A stretch of DNA of 64,000 nucleotides from assembly GCA_024137785.1 (NCBI GenBank), contig JAHRHZ010000069.1, positions 6,041,734 through 6,105,733 of the forward strand, read 5' to 3'. Numbering within the stretch: position 1 is the stretch's first letter; each line of letters begins with the position of its first letter. Below, one piece after another: positions 51,108-61,690 of this stretch. Origin of the DNA: Ginglymostoma cirratum. Lineage: Eukaryota. The notes beneath the pieces were generated by a model, which was not told where the DNA came from, ran no database searches, and saw nothing but the letters and a program-made list of their open reading frames with translations. A program made the position numbers and the translations under genes.

Positions 51108-52254
51108 TTTCAAATAAACCTGTTGGACTATGACCTGGTGTTGTGTGATTTCTAATCTCTCTAGCTACTTGGAGCTCTACTTCTGAAAACAGATACAAAG
51201 TAATAATTTAGCTTCTCTGCTATTTCTTTATTCCCCATTATGAATTATGTGACTCTGCCTTTAATGAACCCCCATCCATTTTAACTAAATGTTTCCTTTT
51301 TATGTATCTACAGAAGCTTTTACAATCTTTTTTTTTGCTAGGTTGCATTCATATTCTGTACTCCCCATCCTTATCAGTTTCTTGGTCCTCCTGGGTTGTA
51401 TTTCAAAAACCTCTCAGTACTCAGAATGACTGCTATTCTGGCAACTTTAGAGGCTTTTTGTTTTAACTTTTTACAATCCTGAACTTTGTTCATAATCTTC
51501 GTGACTGATCTTTGAGAGTGTTTGCACCTTGAAGGAATGTACAGTTTCTGTAGATTATGTGACAGTTCTATAAAGGCGATCTATTGCCTATGTACACTTA
51601 TGCAATAAATAGCCAAGGCACATCAGAAGCTGTAAGGGGTAAAGTCTGACTTGGAGTATGCCATCATTATCAAATGCACTGATTTGAATTGCTTTGAAAT
51701 GTCCTGGAGAAAAGAAAAGACTGCTTTAGTTCTTCTACTTAAAGTTCCAGATGGTGACAGAACTGGCCATGCTTCATGAGGATTTGTGCCTGTATGCTGG
51801 TATTTGTCACTGTAACTACTTGTCCTCAAAAGTCTGAACTTATTTCCAGCATGTGGAGCTGAACGCGCGCGGGTTGAGAAGTAGACAATTTCCAGCTGCA
51901 TCAGAATTATGCCCGGTGAGTGAAATCCTGTCAATATTTCCAAACTGTTTATTAGTTAGGTCTCCTCAGTGCTATCGAGGGTAGACCTGATAGTGTTCTT
52001 TGACAATTCCGTCAATAGCACACCCCAATTATGTTATTACTGCTTATCTTTTCAGATAGAAATTAACTGACCAATGACTACCAGTGATATCAGTGGAGTT
52101 ACTTATAAGAATCATCAACAGATTATGAACAGTCCACATCAGAAAGTTTAGTGCTTGATGTTCAAGTTTCCATTATTCCTGATTGCCTGGGAGAGTAGGG
52201 AACAGAACAATATGGTTCAGCTATGTTCTATTGCCAGTGCATCAGTGTTGAGAT

Positions 52255-52590
52255 TTCACAGAATCATAGAATTTCTACTGTGTGGAATCAGGCCATTCAG
52301 CCCATCAAGTCTACTCCGCCTCTGAACAGCATCCCACCCAGACCCATACCCCTACCCTCTCCCTATAACCCTGCATTTCCCATGACTAATCCACCTAGCC
52401 TGCACATTCATGGACACTGTGGGCAATTTAGCATAGCCAATCCACTTATCCTGCGCATCTCTGGACTGCGAAGAACGTCACGCAGACACTGGGAGAAAGT
52501 ACACACTCCACACAGACAGGTGAACTCAGACCTGGGTCCCTGGCGCTGTGAGGCAGCAGTGCAAACAACAAAGTCACCGTGCCACCCAAT
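52255..52590 (-). mobile_element. HE1-type SINE, near full length
   Basis: GCTGTGAGGCAGCAGTGC (head, antisense), AACCCTGCATTTCCCATG, GGGCAATTTAGCAT and the CR1-like tail. Confidence 0.9.
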
Positions 52591-52859
52591 TCGATTTTAT
52601 AGGATACCCCAAGTATAAAATTCAGACTTTGCTAATATGATTTATTGTTCACCTTGTGCCTGAGTTGTCAGGCAGACAACTAAAGTGAGGACAATAGATT
52701 CAGCCAGCTGAAGAGAGGGTAGAATTGCAGGAATTATGCTTAGTGTTAGTTTTAGCACTTCCAATTGTCTACACCTCTACCCATTCCTGCAACCTTACTG
52801 CATACGGCCTCTGTCCTCTTGAATACCTTCATTGTTGCTAGGTCAGAAAAGAAACTCAT

Positions 52860-53015
52860 GTCTTAACTACACTGCAAGTGTACACACACCAAATTCATTA
52901 CGAAGGTTCAAGAGGCAATTTACCTCCACCTCAAGGCCAACAAGGAGTGGACGATAAATACTGACTTTGCCAGTGATGATCGCATCGCATGAATGCAGGA
53001 AAATAAAAATAAATC
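52860..53015 (+). mobile_element. L2/CR1-group LINE 3' tail
   Basis: GGTTCAAGAGGCA...CCACCTCAAGG...ATAAATACTG...CATGAATG; antisense match to 7920-8050. Confidence 0.65.
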
Positions 53016-53059
53016 CTTCCTGTCTCCTCATCTCCAGCCCATGGGAAGTGGGCAATGCT

Positions 53060-53378
53060 GCAAGCTCAGAAACTGTTGCCCATCTCTAATTGCCTTTCAA
53101 TCATATTGCTGTAACTCTATCATCTTCAGTCACAAGTAGGTCAGACCCAGCTGAAGATGATAGATTTCCATTCCGAAAGGACAATTGTGAATCTCATGGA
53201 TCTTTACAACAATCATGGTTACCATTAATTTCAATTCTATATCATTTATTATATTATAATTTATATTATTATGTTATAAATTCCAGCTGCTGCCATGATG
53301 GGATTTGAACTTTTGTCCTGAAATCGTTAGCCTGGCTGTTTGGTCCAGTGACATTAACACGACATCACCATCTCCCTT
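53060..53378 (-). mobile_element. tRNA-derived SINE (family of 29800-30133)
   Basis: GGTCAGACCCAGCTGAAGATG, GCCATGATGGGATTTGAAC (B box, antisense) and CACCATCTCC. Confidence 0.7.
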
Positions 53379-53770
53379 ACCATGTTGTGGAAAATACAAC
53401 AGTCAATTTTGTTGTTTTAGATGTTGAGAGAACCTTTAAGATTTGTTTTTTTAAGGTAAAGGACACTTCGGTTGCTTTCACCTATACTCTGGCCTTTCCA
53501 AAATTTGCATTGGGCTGCAAATAATTGAATGATAAACATTTTCATACATACGCCACATAATCTATTTGTACTGTCACCAAAATTGTACTTGGAAGGGCAA
53601 AGGGGATATTTATCACTGCAAAATTCCAGGGAGATGGGAACTTTCAAAGTTCATTCACCGCTACACTAAATTTGAAAAGAAAATAGTGTAAGTTGGATTC
53701 TGTGAAGAGGAAATGCCCTGCGCACACTTAAGCAGAACTAACATCAGTGCACTTTTGTTCCACTCGACAG

Positions 53771-53780
53771 AACACAACTG
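53771..53780 (+). other. Candidate 10-nt microexon
   Basis: Branch point ACTAAC (53737-53742), then CTTTTGTTCCACTCGACAG|AACACAACTG|GTAAGT. Confidence 0.4.
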
Positions 53781-54979
53781 GTAAGTAAATTCTTAAAATG
53801 TCAGGTTTCCAATCTGACTTCTGTCCTGCATTTGGTTCCACATGTTTTGTTCCAACATTCCCTCCTTGGAATTAATTGGAGCTTAGTGCTGGAGGTTGGG
53901 TGTATTCATATTGACTAATGGTGGAAAGATGCATTATTTCCCTTTAGACACCGCAGACTAATGGCACCCAATGTCAGGGCTCACATTTGAAGAATGGCTA
54001 TCTAACTGAAGTGCAGGAGAAAAACCAGAGCCAGTGAACTCTAAACCCAACACAAATCAGTCCATTCGAGGAAATCGCAGGGGCAGCATTGACCCTCCGG
54101 TCTGTATCACCATTCAGAAGTTGTTTTGCAGTGCTGCGTTTTAAAAGGTTCTTATAATTGTGTAGAAATGTGATCTTGTAATTATTTTCACCTCCCTGAA
54201 GGATCCCCATCATCTCTCTCTTGTGGAAGGGCTAATGTGTTGTGTCATGGGCACTGATGAATTGCTGGGGCCCTGGGGATGTGGCAGCTGATGTGCTCTG
54301 AAATGGGAGGCTACTGAATAATTTAAAGCTACTGCTTGACAGCACAGATTCATTTTTCTAAGTGCAACTAAAAGGGAAGATTTACATTGCTGCAGCCGGA
54401 GCCAATGTGCAAGTGATATATCTGGATGGTGCCCAGTGAAAACATTAGTGTCAAGGAGATTATAGTGGGCTTTATTACACACTTCACTTCACCAGTCGCA
54501 AAACAGAATCAGAACAGTAAATGTATTGTTATTCATAATGGTGTGATGGTTATTACTACTGCAGGCTATGGGAGAATTCTTAACATGCAGAATGTAGTAA
54601 ATTGTGGCAAGTGTGTGCTCCCAAGCAAAATGCCAATTTTTGTATTGAATTACATTAAATGTATCCTTTCTCTATTAAAGACCATCATCACACTCTATTT
54701 TTATAACTTATTTGGCTTCCGAGAGGAATGGTTTGCAATTTATTTGGCAAATCTTTTTCTTCTAATTGGAGGAGAGACCAATGATCCATTTCTGTAATGA
54801 AGATGTAGTGTTGCAATTATGCTTTTCAATGCAGATTACATTGTATTGTATTCCAAACATCGAATACTTTACAGCAAAATCTGCATTTAAATGCATTATT
54901 TTAACCTTACATTATCGTTATATAGATGTTATATAGCTCTCCCCTCCTTTTATGTAAAAGCCAAATTATTGCTAGCCTA

Positions 54980-55265
54980 GAGATAAAAGGTACTGCAGAT
55001 GCTGGAGAATCCGAGAAAGCAAGGTGTGGGGCTGGATGAACACAGCAGGCCAAGCAGCAGCATAGGAGCAGGAAAGCTTGACGTTTCGGGCCTAGACCCT
55101 TCATCAGAAATGTGGGAGGGGAAGAGGGTTCTGAAATAAATAGGGAGAGAGGGGGAGGCGGATAGAGGATGGAGAGAGGAGAGGATAGGTGGAGAGGAGG
55201 CAGACAAGTCGAAGAGGCGGGGATGGAGCCAGTAAAGGTGAGTGTAGGTAGGGGGGTAGCCTACC
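54980..55265 (-). mobile_element. Young Penelope solo pLTR with a perfect 13-bp TSD
   Basis: TSD TATTGCTAGCCTA (54967-54979 and 55266-55278); pyrimidine-rich leader, HHR and tail. Confidence 0.9.
55074..55113 (-). ncRNA. Minimal hammerhead ribozyme with intact core
   Basis: ACAUUU-CUGAUGA-A-GGGU-CUAG-GCCC-GAAAC-GUC-AAGCUU. Confidence 0.75.
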
Positions 55266-55751
55266 TATTGCTAGCCTACTTTATTTTCTCAATCACAGTA
55301 TAAAAGGGAATTGTATCACATCAGTTTTATCTGAATTAAAATATTTCCTGCCAGATAATATATGATAGAGATCATGTTTGAGAATGGAACACGGCCTTTG
55401 GAACGTGAGCTTGAGATATTGTGCTCAGCAGATGCATTATGTAAAAACGTTGGCCGGGATCCACCAGGCCATAAAGTTCTTTCCCAGTGGAGGCCTTGCT
55501 GACTTTACGTAAGACATCCTTACTATCTCCATGTACTCCTCAGCTCCACATCCCAGGGCTTTTCAAAACAGATACTCATGAAGCACTGAGCTTTACCTAT
55601 TTCTTAGATTTTGTCCCATACATATTTTAGAAGAACTATGGGCAACAAAACTCCACTGCTGTCCTTGCTCCCTTTCAATTTCTTTCACTCCAGCCAAGGT
55701 GATGATCTGTTTATGACGCTCCTTAAATGTAGTTCCTCAGGTCTTCTTTCC

Positions 55752-55940
55752 CAGGCTAGGTGGTTTGGCCATGCAAAATTGCCCATTGTGTCCAGGTGGA
55801 ATAGCCATGGGAAATATAGGGTTACAGGGATAGGGTAGGGGGTGCGTGGGATGCTCTTTGGAGGGTCGGTTTGAACTTGATGGGCTGAATGGCCTGCGTC
55901 CACACTTTAGGGATTCTTTGATTCCATTATTCCATGATTC
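55752..55940 (+). mobile_element. HE1-type SINE 3' part
   Basis: GGTTTGGCCATGCAAAATTGCCC...GGGTTACAGGGATAGGG...GGGCTGAATGGCCTG. Confidence 0.85.
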
Positions 55941-56034
55941 TTTGTCCAGCTCTGTCTTGCTTTCCCATTTGTTGGCATCCACTTTATTATCACTCTAAAA
56001 GAGTGTACATCCAGGAGGCAAAATATATGCCACG

Positions 56035-56500
56035 CCAGTCTCAACGTTGTCATGATGTCAGAGGCTAGGAAGTCCACAGCAAGTGAATCACCTCCAGACT
56101 CCCCATTGTCCATCCACCATCTATAAATCACAGGTCAAGAGTGTAAAAGAATATTCTCCACATTCCTGGATAGGTGCAGTTCCAACAACATTCAAAAAGC
56201 TTGACACCTCCTTGGGCAAAGCAGCCTGCTGGATTGTCATCCCTAGCATCGCATTCATCATTCAATTCCCCCCACCACTGAAACTCAGTGGCAGCAGATT
56301 GTATCGTCTACAGGACACACTGCGATAACTCGCCAAGACGCCTCCTATAGCAACTTCCAAACCTTTTTACCTTTATTGTCTCGAAGGAAGGGCAGCAGGC
56401 ACATTGGAAGATCACAACTTGCAAGTTCTCCTCCAAGCCTCATGCCATCCTGACTCAGAACTATATCTCTACCTCTGATCCTCTGTTGTGTCAACTTGGT
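56035..56500 (+). mobile_element. L2/CR1-group LINE fragment
   Basis: ORF 56083-56328 STIYKSQVKSVKEYSPHSWIGAVPTTFKKLDT..KAAC. Confidence 0.8.
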
Positions 56501-57075
56501 GATGAATTTCACCCCTAATGAGTTGATAATCCCTGGCTTTGAGTGCACTGCTCCTGCTAGCATGGACACATGCTGCATAATTCCTGTGCATCTATGCTGC
56601 TCTCTCTGAGACTCTATAAATATGCAGCACTGGGATTGTGACAAGGACATTCAGTTATCTCAGTATAGCCCCTGTCCATTACCAGCTCTAGGTTTCCAGT
56701 GCACATTAGCTAGGTGCTCCCAATCTGAATATGGATGCCTGGAGTTACTCAGTGCATGAGTGTACCTCCTGACCCCACATATCATGGGTTCACAGTAATA
56801 CTAAATGTCACTCATATTTTCAGACCAAGACAACTCATTAGATTCCTTCCAGCACTGGATCCAGCTTCTTGCAATCACCTCTTGGCCACTCACCATCCCT
56901 GGTAACTCCAGCCTTCTCTTCTTGCTTAGGATGCTGGTTTCCTCCTCCCTTTCCTGGATACAAGACTTCTTTATCTTAAGACCTTAGGAGTTGTCACTGA
57001 ATTGTGCAGCGATTCTTCCACATGTTAAAGCTATTCCCCTGTGGGGTCTATTGAAGTAAGCCCCCTCCGTTTTTT

Positions 57076-57168
57076 GAAACAAAAACAGAAGTTGCTGGAA
57101 AAGCTCAGCAGGTCTGGCAGCATCTGTGAAGAAAAATCAGAGTTAATGTTTCGGGTCTGGTGACCCTT
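57076..57168 (-). mobile_element. Short Penelope tail insertion
   Basis: On the minus strand GGGTCACCAGACCCGAAACATTA (half-HHR). Flanks CCTCCGTTTTTT / CCTCCCTTTTTT (57064-57075 and 57169-57180). Confidence 0.7.
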
Positions 57169-57279
57169 CCTCCCTTTTTTACCAGGGTCTCCAGTCTGCC
57201 TGAATGCTGTACTTGTGCTTCTGAACAAGGTGTCTTGCAGTGAACTGCTGGTGTTATTGCCCGCCTGGCAATCTGATTT

Positions 57280-57452
57280 GAGTTAACATTTTGAGTCCAG
57301 TATGATTCTTCCTCAGAACTCTGAAGAAGGGTCATACCAGGCTTGAAATGTTAACTCTTTCTCTCTCTGTTGATGATGTCAGACTTGCTGAGTTTCTCCA
57401 GCAAGCTCTGTTTGTTTTGGACTTCCAGCACACGCAGTATTTTGGCTTTTAT
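57280..57452. mobile_element. Penelope-derived element with a back-to-back HHR palindrome
   Basis: 57280-57357 is an imperfect palindrome: CTGAAGAAGGGTC...GAAATGTTA on + and CTGAGGAAGAATC...AAAATGTTA on -. Confidence 0.7.
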
Positions 57453-58251
57453 GCCATCCTTAATTGATTGACTCTCCACTGCTGCTGGACTTCAATTGAT
57501 TCTACCTCATTATGTCACCTCTACTATGTCAATCACTCTGAAGTTACATTTGGTTAGAACAGTATTGGGCGCATAATTCCAAAGATCGACAGAACTTATC
57601 GCAGTTGTTGCGAATTGGTTGGAGTCTTAACTGGTACTTCTTTTTGTGATATACATTGAAGCAGCATCATGATCAAGGGGAGATGGATCATAATGTCTGT
57701 AACAAGTTTTAAAAGAAGCCAAGTTAGGATGGCAATCTGGAATAAAAGAATGCCCTGGTATGAATTCAAACAGTGGATAACACACTGGATTGTGACTATC
57801 TCCATGTGAAAGACTGCCTTCTCCCACGTTGTATCAAGTGCAATAAATGGAACATTACAACATCAAGTTCAGATTTTTTGGTGAGTTTTAAGATTTTGTT
57901 TCTTCCCTCAGTTGGGACAGTCATTTGAAGTAGTACTGGGAAGTACTCTATCAAATTCACAGTTCAAATCTAACAGTAAATGCTAACTGCACTAGAAAAC
58001 TCTGATTTAAGGGCGTAGTTTGTGGGTGGAAGACAAGTCTTCAGTACCATTGTCAGAATATTATCAGGGCCCCACAGTCCCTGTGAAATCTTTAGTTATA
58101 CCACTTCACATGAAGTGAAGAAATATGTGTTTTTGGTTTTCCGCACTGTGAAGCAGACTTGTTTCTATTCCTAAGAGTTAGAAACTTCTTTCTTCAGCGG
58201 CGGGTCAATACAGCATTTCCAAGAAATTATGTGTCTTAAACTAAATTTTTA

Positions 58252-58689
58252 AGGTTCTTGCGAAGATTTGTAGCTCAGGTTGTGGATGAGGTTGTTGGCT
58301 TGCTCGCCGAGCTGGTTAGTTATTGTACAAGATGCTTTGTCACCATGCTAGGTAACATCATCAATGCAGCCTCCGATGAAGCGATGTTGTTCTACTCTGC
58401 TTGGTATTTATATGGTCCAGTCTGTTAAATTGGGTTGTGTCATTTCCTGTTCTTTTTTGCACAGGTTCGTACATGGAGTCTAACTCCAGGTGTTTGTTGA
58501 TTGCACTACAGGTTGAAAGCCAGGCCTCTAGGAATTCCCGAGCTTGCCTGTGGTTGGCTTGAACTAGGACGGTCACATTGTTCCAGTCAAATTGATGGCC
58601 TTTATTGTCCGAGTGCATTGAGATGAGGGAAAGTTCATTGTGTCATAAACTAGCTGTCAGGATACACAAACACCAACTAGCAGCTAAAG
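58252..58689 (-). mobile_element. Penelope (Poseidon-like) 3' fragment with GIY-YIG C-terminus and inverted 5' segment
   Basis: ORF HSDNKGHQFDWNNVTVLVQANHRQAREFLEAW..AINKHLELDSMY on -; KLAVRIHKHQLAAK on + (58647-58688); decayed HHR at 58331-58364. Confidence 0.88.
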
Positions 58690-59010
58690 TCTACAGTCTT
58701 AAGATAGGAATGAAATTCCACTGGCGCGTAGTGTTCAGAAAGGGTATTGTGGGGGAAAAAGGGTTAAATCTTTATTTGATAAGATATTTCCAAATTGTTT
58801 CATATATGTACATTGTTTTGATCTTTTCTATTTGTATAAGGAAAGTTCATACCTTTTGTTAAAAGTACATTAGCAGCTCCTTGTGATTATGTTCAGTGAC
58901 TGATTATCATGGTAATCAGGTTGCAAAAAAAGTTAAACTTATTGTCTATCAATCCAGTAGTTCCTATGGGATCTGACTGTTCCAATACAACTATCAGCTA
59001 GATTCATTAC
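58690..59010 (+). mobile_element. Probable LTR 3' part
   Basis: AT-rich, ending GGGATCTGACTGTTCCAATACAACTATCAGCTAGATTCATTACA (a ...ACA LTR-like end). Confidence 0.4.
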
Positions 59011-59842
59011 AGAGTTAAAAGAAAAAGCGATATTTAACAAGTGGTCTGTTTGCAGATTGGTGAAGCATTTATAAGTGATGGAATACAGATTTCATTGATG
59101 TTTGTTATGTAAGATTGTGTGACTAAATAAGATTCAACATTCGCATAAATGATTTTTGCTGGAAATATTTTGGCCACTTTGGGGTACACTTTGTACAGAG
59201 AGTAATTTAAGGCAACATAAACAGTGAAATGCAATTATTCCAAGGTATAAATTGAAGGTTTTGATTCTTAAATTACTCTATGAAAACAATTAATGTTAAA
59301 GAATACTGTGAAAAGAAATCTTGCCCGGCAACAGCTATTGTGAGCTGCTGCTTTTGAAATCTGAATTTCTTCACTTAGTGAGAGTTCAGTCTTAGAAGAG
59401 TAACTAAGATCATAAGAAGACCTTTTAGTCCACTTCATACACTGCTGTTGTTCAATCGGAGAATTTAACAGTTTGTTTTTAGGTTCAACCACCTTCAAGG
59501 ATATTAATTCCAACTGTCAATTACCAGCCATCTAAAAGATATTTGCTTCTTTCAGTTTGCCCTTAAACATCCTGAAACCACACTTTCTTTCTCTGTTGCA
59601 CAGCCATATTTGAAAATATTCTCAAAGTAAAGAGTGGAGAAAGACATAGGGGAAAAAGGTTAACTCACAGACCATCTTTCAGTGGCCAGTTGGCTTCCTT
59701 GGACCCTTTTGCAGTGTTCTACTGCTGTTAGGATATCTTTTCGACTATTTGTACACATGAGAATTCTTCAAGGTGTCTTTTCCCCACGCTTTCCTCTCCA
59801 GTCCCTCACTGCATTGAGAGCACCTGTAAAATTGCAGTGAGT

Positions 59843-60072
59843 TGCAGAGGGTGGTGCGTGTATGGAATGAGTTGCCAGAGGAAGTGGTGGAGGCTGGTAT
59901 AATTACGACATTTAAAAGGCATCTGGATGGGTATATGAATAGGAAGGCTTTAGAGGGATATGGGCCAAATACTGGCAAATGGGACCAGATTAATTTAGGA
60001 TGTCTGGTCAGCATGGACAAGTTGGACTGAAGGATCTGTTTCCATACTGTCCAGCTATATAACTCCATGACT
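59843..60072 (+). mobile_element. CR1 (HER1-type) 3' end
   Basis: QRVVRVWNELPEEVVEAGIITTFKRHLDGYM plus the 3'UTR. Confidence 0.9.
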
Positions 60073-61194
60073 TGTTCTGCTGCTTACTGTGAAAGAAATG
60101 TGAGTCTCCACCATCTGTACCTTAAGCATTCTTGCTTTTCTATGCAGAAGATTTTATGGCAGTTTAAAAGATAATCTAAATGCAGGAGAACTCAACTCAA
60201 CAAGTTTATCGATCATGATGACGGTAATAATTGAAGAAGAGCATTTAACATTTGGAGGTTAATTAAATATCTAGTTGTTGAATAAGATGTCAAAATAGTT
60301 GTGTTTCCGCTTCATGAGCATCATCTGCCACCTTGGAATATTTACGCAGGAAACAGATGTTAGCTGTTGTTGAGGAGAATGTAGAAAGGATATATTGCCT
60401 GGGTAATTAGGAGCATTTCAGGCACAAATATGTGTGGTGATATGGTGAGCCTGTTCTGTTACTCAGAATTGATGTGCTTGTTTAATTCTATATATTGTCA
60501 ATTCTGTCTTTTTTTTATGAACAACAATAATCTTAAATATGAATGGATAGGCCAACAATTTGTGGCCAAGCAACATAACGGGTGATCTCTCAACCTTGGG
60601 TTACCTTCTCCGGTGTTAAATAACTTTTTGCAGCAATTTGATTTTAACATTTGCTTGACTTAAATATTAAAGTGTTGACATTATGGAGTATGAAATCCTG
60701 CAGTGTCTTGACATTGACATGTTGTGTAGGCTAGTGACAAAGCAAATAGGTGAAGGTAATAACACAGTAATCTAATACTTTCGTTTGTTGTGTCTTTCAC
60801 TTGTTGGTATCTAATTCTGTTAATAGGATGCTAAACAATTAGAAGTTAAAGATAACAAGGCAAACATGTGAGAACTAATTATTTAATTGCTTCTTGTGGC
60901 CCAGTGATGATGTCTCTACCTCTGAGCTGGAAGGTTCCTGTTCTGGTTCCATTGGCCCCTAAGTGTGCTTGAACATTGAAGTAATGGTTAAAAGGTATAC
61001 TTAATTGTGAAAAGAGTAATAAAAGTTACATAAAGAAAAGTCAGTCAGAAGATAATGTTTTATGGTGCATGACTGGTTGAAATAAAAATCTCACTAGGAA
61101 GTGCATGCTTATACTTTCTATTTAAAAAAAAACTTTTAATGTACAACATAGTTCATATCTTGAATGAATTTTGTGGGGATTTAACCAGCCAACT

Positions 61195-61690
61195 GAAAAT
61201 CTGAGCTTCTGGACAAAGACTTTAACCAAGACAAGTTCTCTTCCGGGATTGAAGGAGTTATTCTAGCGCCAAGGTTAAATTGTTTCAAACCCTTGTATTT
61301 AAATTCATGGTCCAGAAATTGTGTTGACCAGGCATGTTGTCTTAACCATTTTGCTCTTTTCGCTTTAGAGTTTCATTTCTTGTTGGAGAAAGCTTTGTTA
61401 GTTATCTGGAAATGTTTCTATGTCAATGATAGCATTGAACTCCCCTTGCCAGGCATTTGTTGCATTTCTTTGGTACTGTTTTGACCCATGTATTGCCCAT
61501 CATGCATGATGTAATAGATGGTGTTGATTCCAACTCTGTGTTTTCTGAACTTTTGGGAGCGTGTGTAGCAAATTTTGTTTGCCTGATCTTCCTTGGATTG
61601 AAGAAGATCTAAATGATGACTCTCAATGATTGACTCTGATGTCATCTGTAATTCATCTTCTTACAGCTCCTTATCTGCAACTTCTTGGTG
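61195..61690 (-). mobile_element. Decayed Gypsy gag/protease fragment
   Basis: LDLLQSKED..DQANKIC (Gag), KCLARGVQCYH (CCHC knuckle remnant) and FNLGARIT...SWLK (DTGA-like protease remnant). Confidence 0.5.

Larger units (their letters stand above)
50173..51153. mobile_element. Penelope-derived ~1-kb element with ~375-bp inverted arms and an 11-bp TSD
   Basis: Arms 50215-50589 and 50780-51155; TSD AATCTCTCTAG (50162-50172 and 51154-51164); HHR motif followed by AATAAA near each outer end. Confidence 0.88.
49990..51600 (-). mobile_element. Old CR1 ORF2 fragment, host of the 50173-51153 insertion
   Basis: Minus-strand similarity to the KEIAEKLNYYFVSV / KSFCRYIK region seen at 2130-2280. Confidence 0.7.

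Noticed and set aside
50215-51155. MITE or DNA transposon with long TIRs
   Set aside because: The arms are asymmetric (the left extends about 40 bp further), carry HHR + AATAAA, and a solo tail of the same family occurs at 35590-35725. This fits Penelope better.
51623-51943. 106-aa minus-strand ORF containing a good acceptor (about 51704)
   Set aside because: No recognisable domain and no convincing donor.
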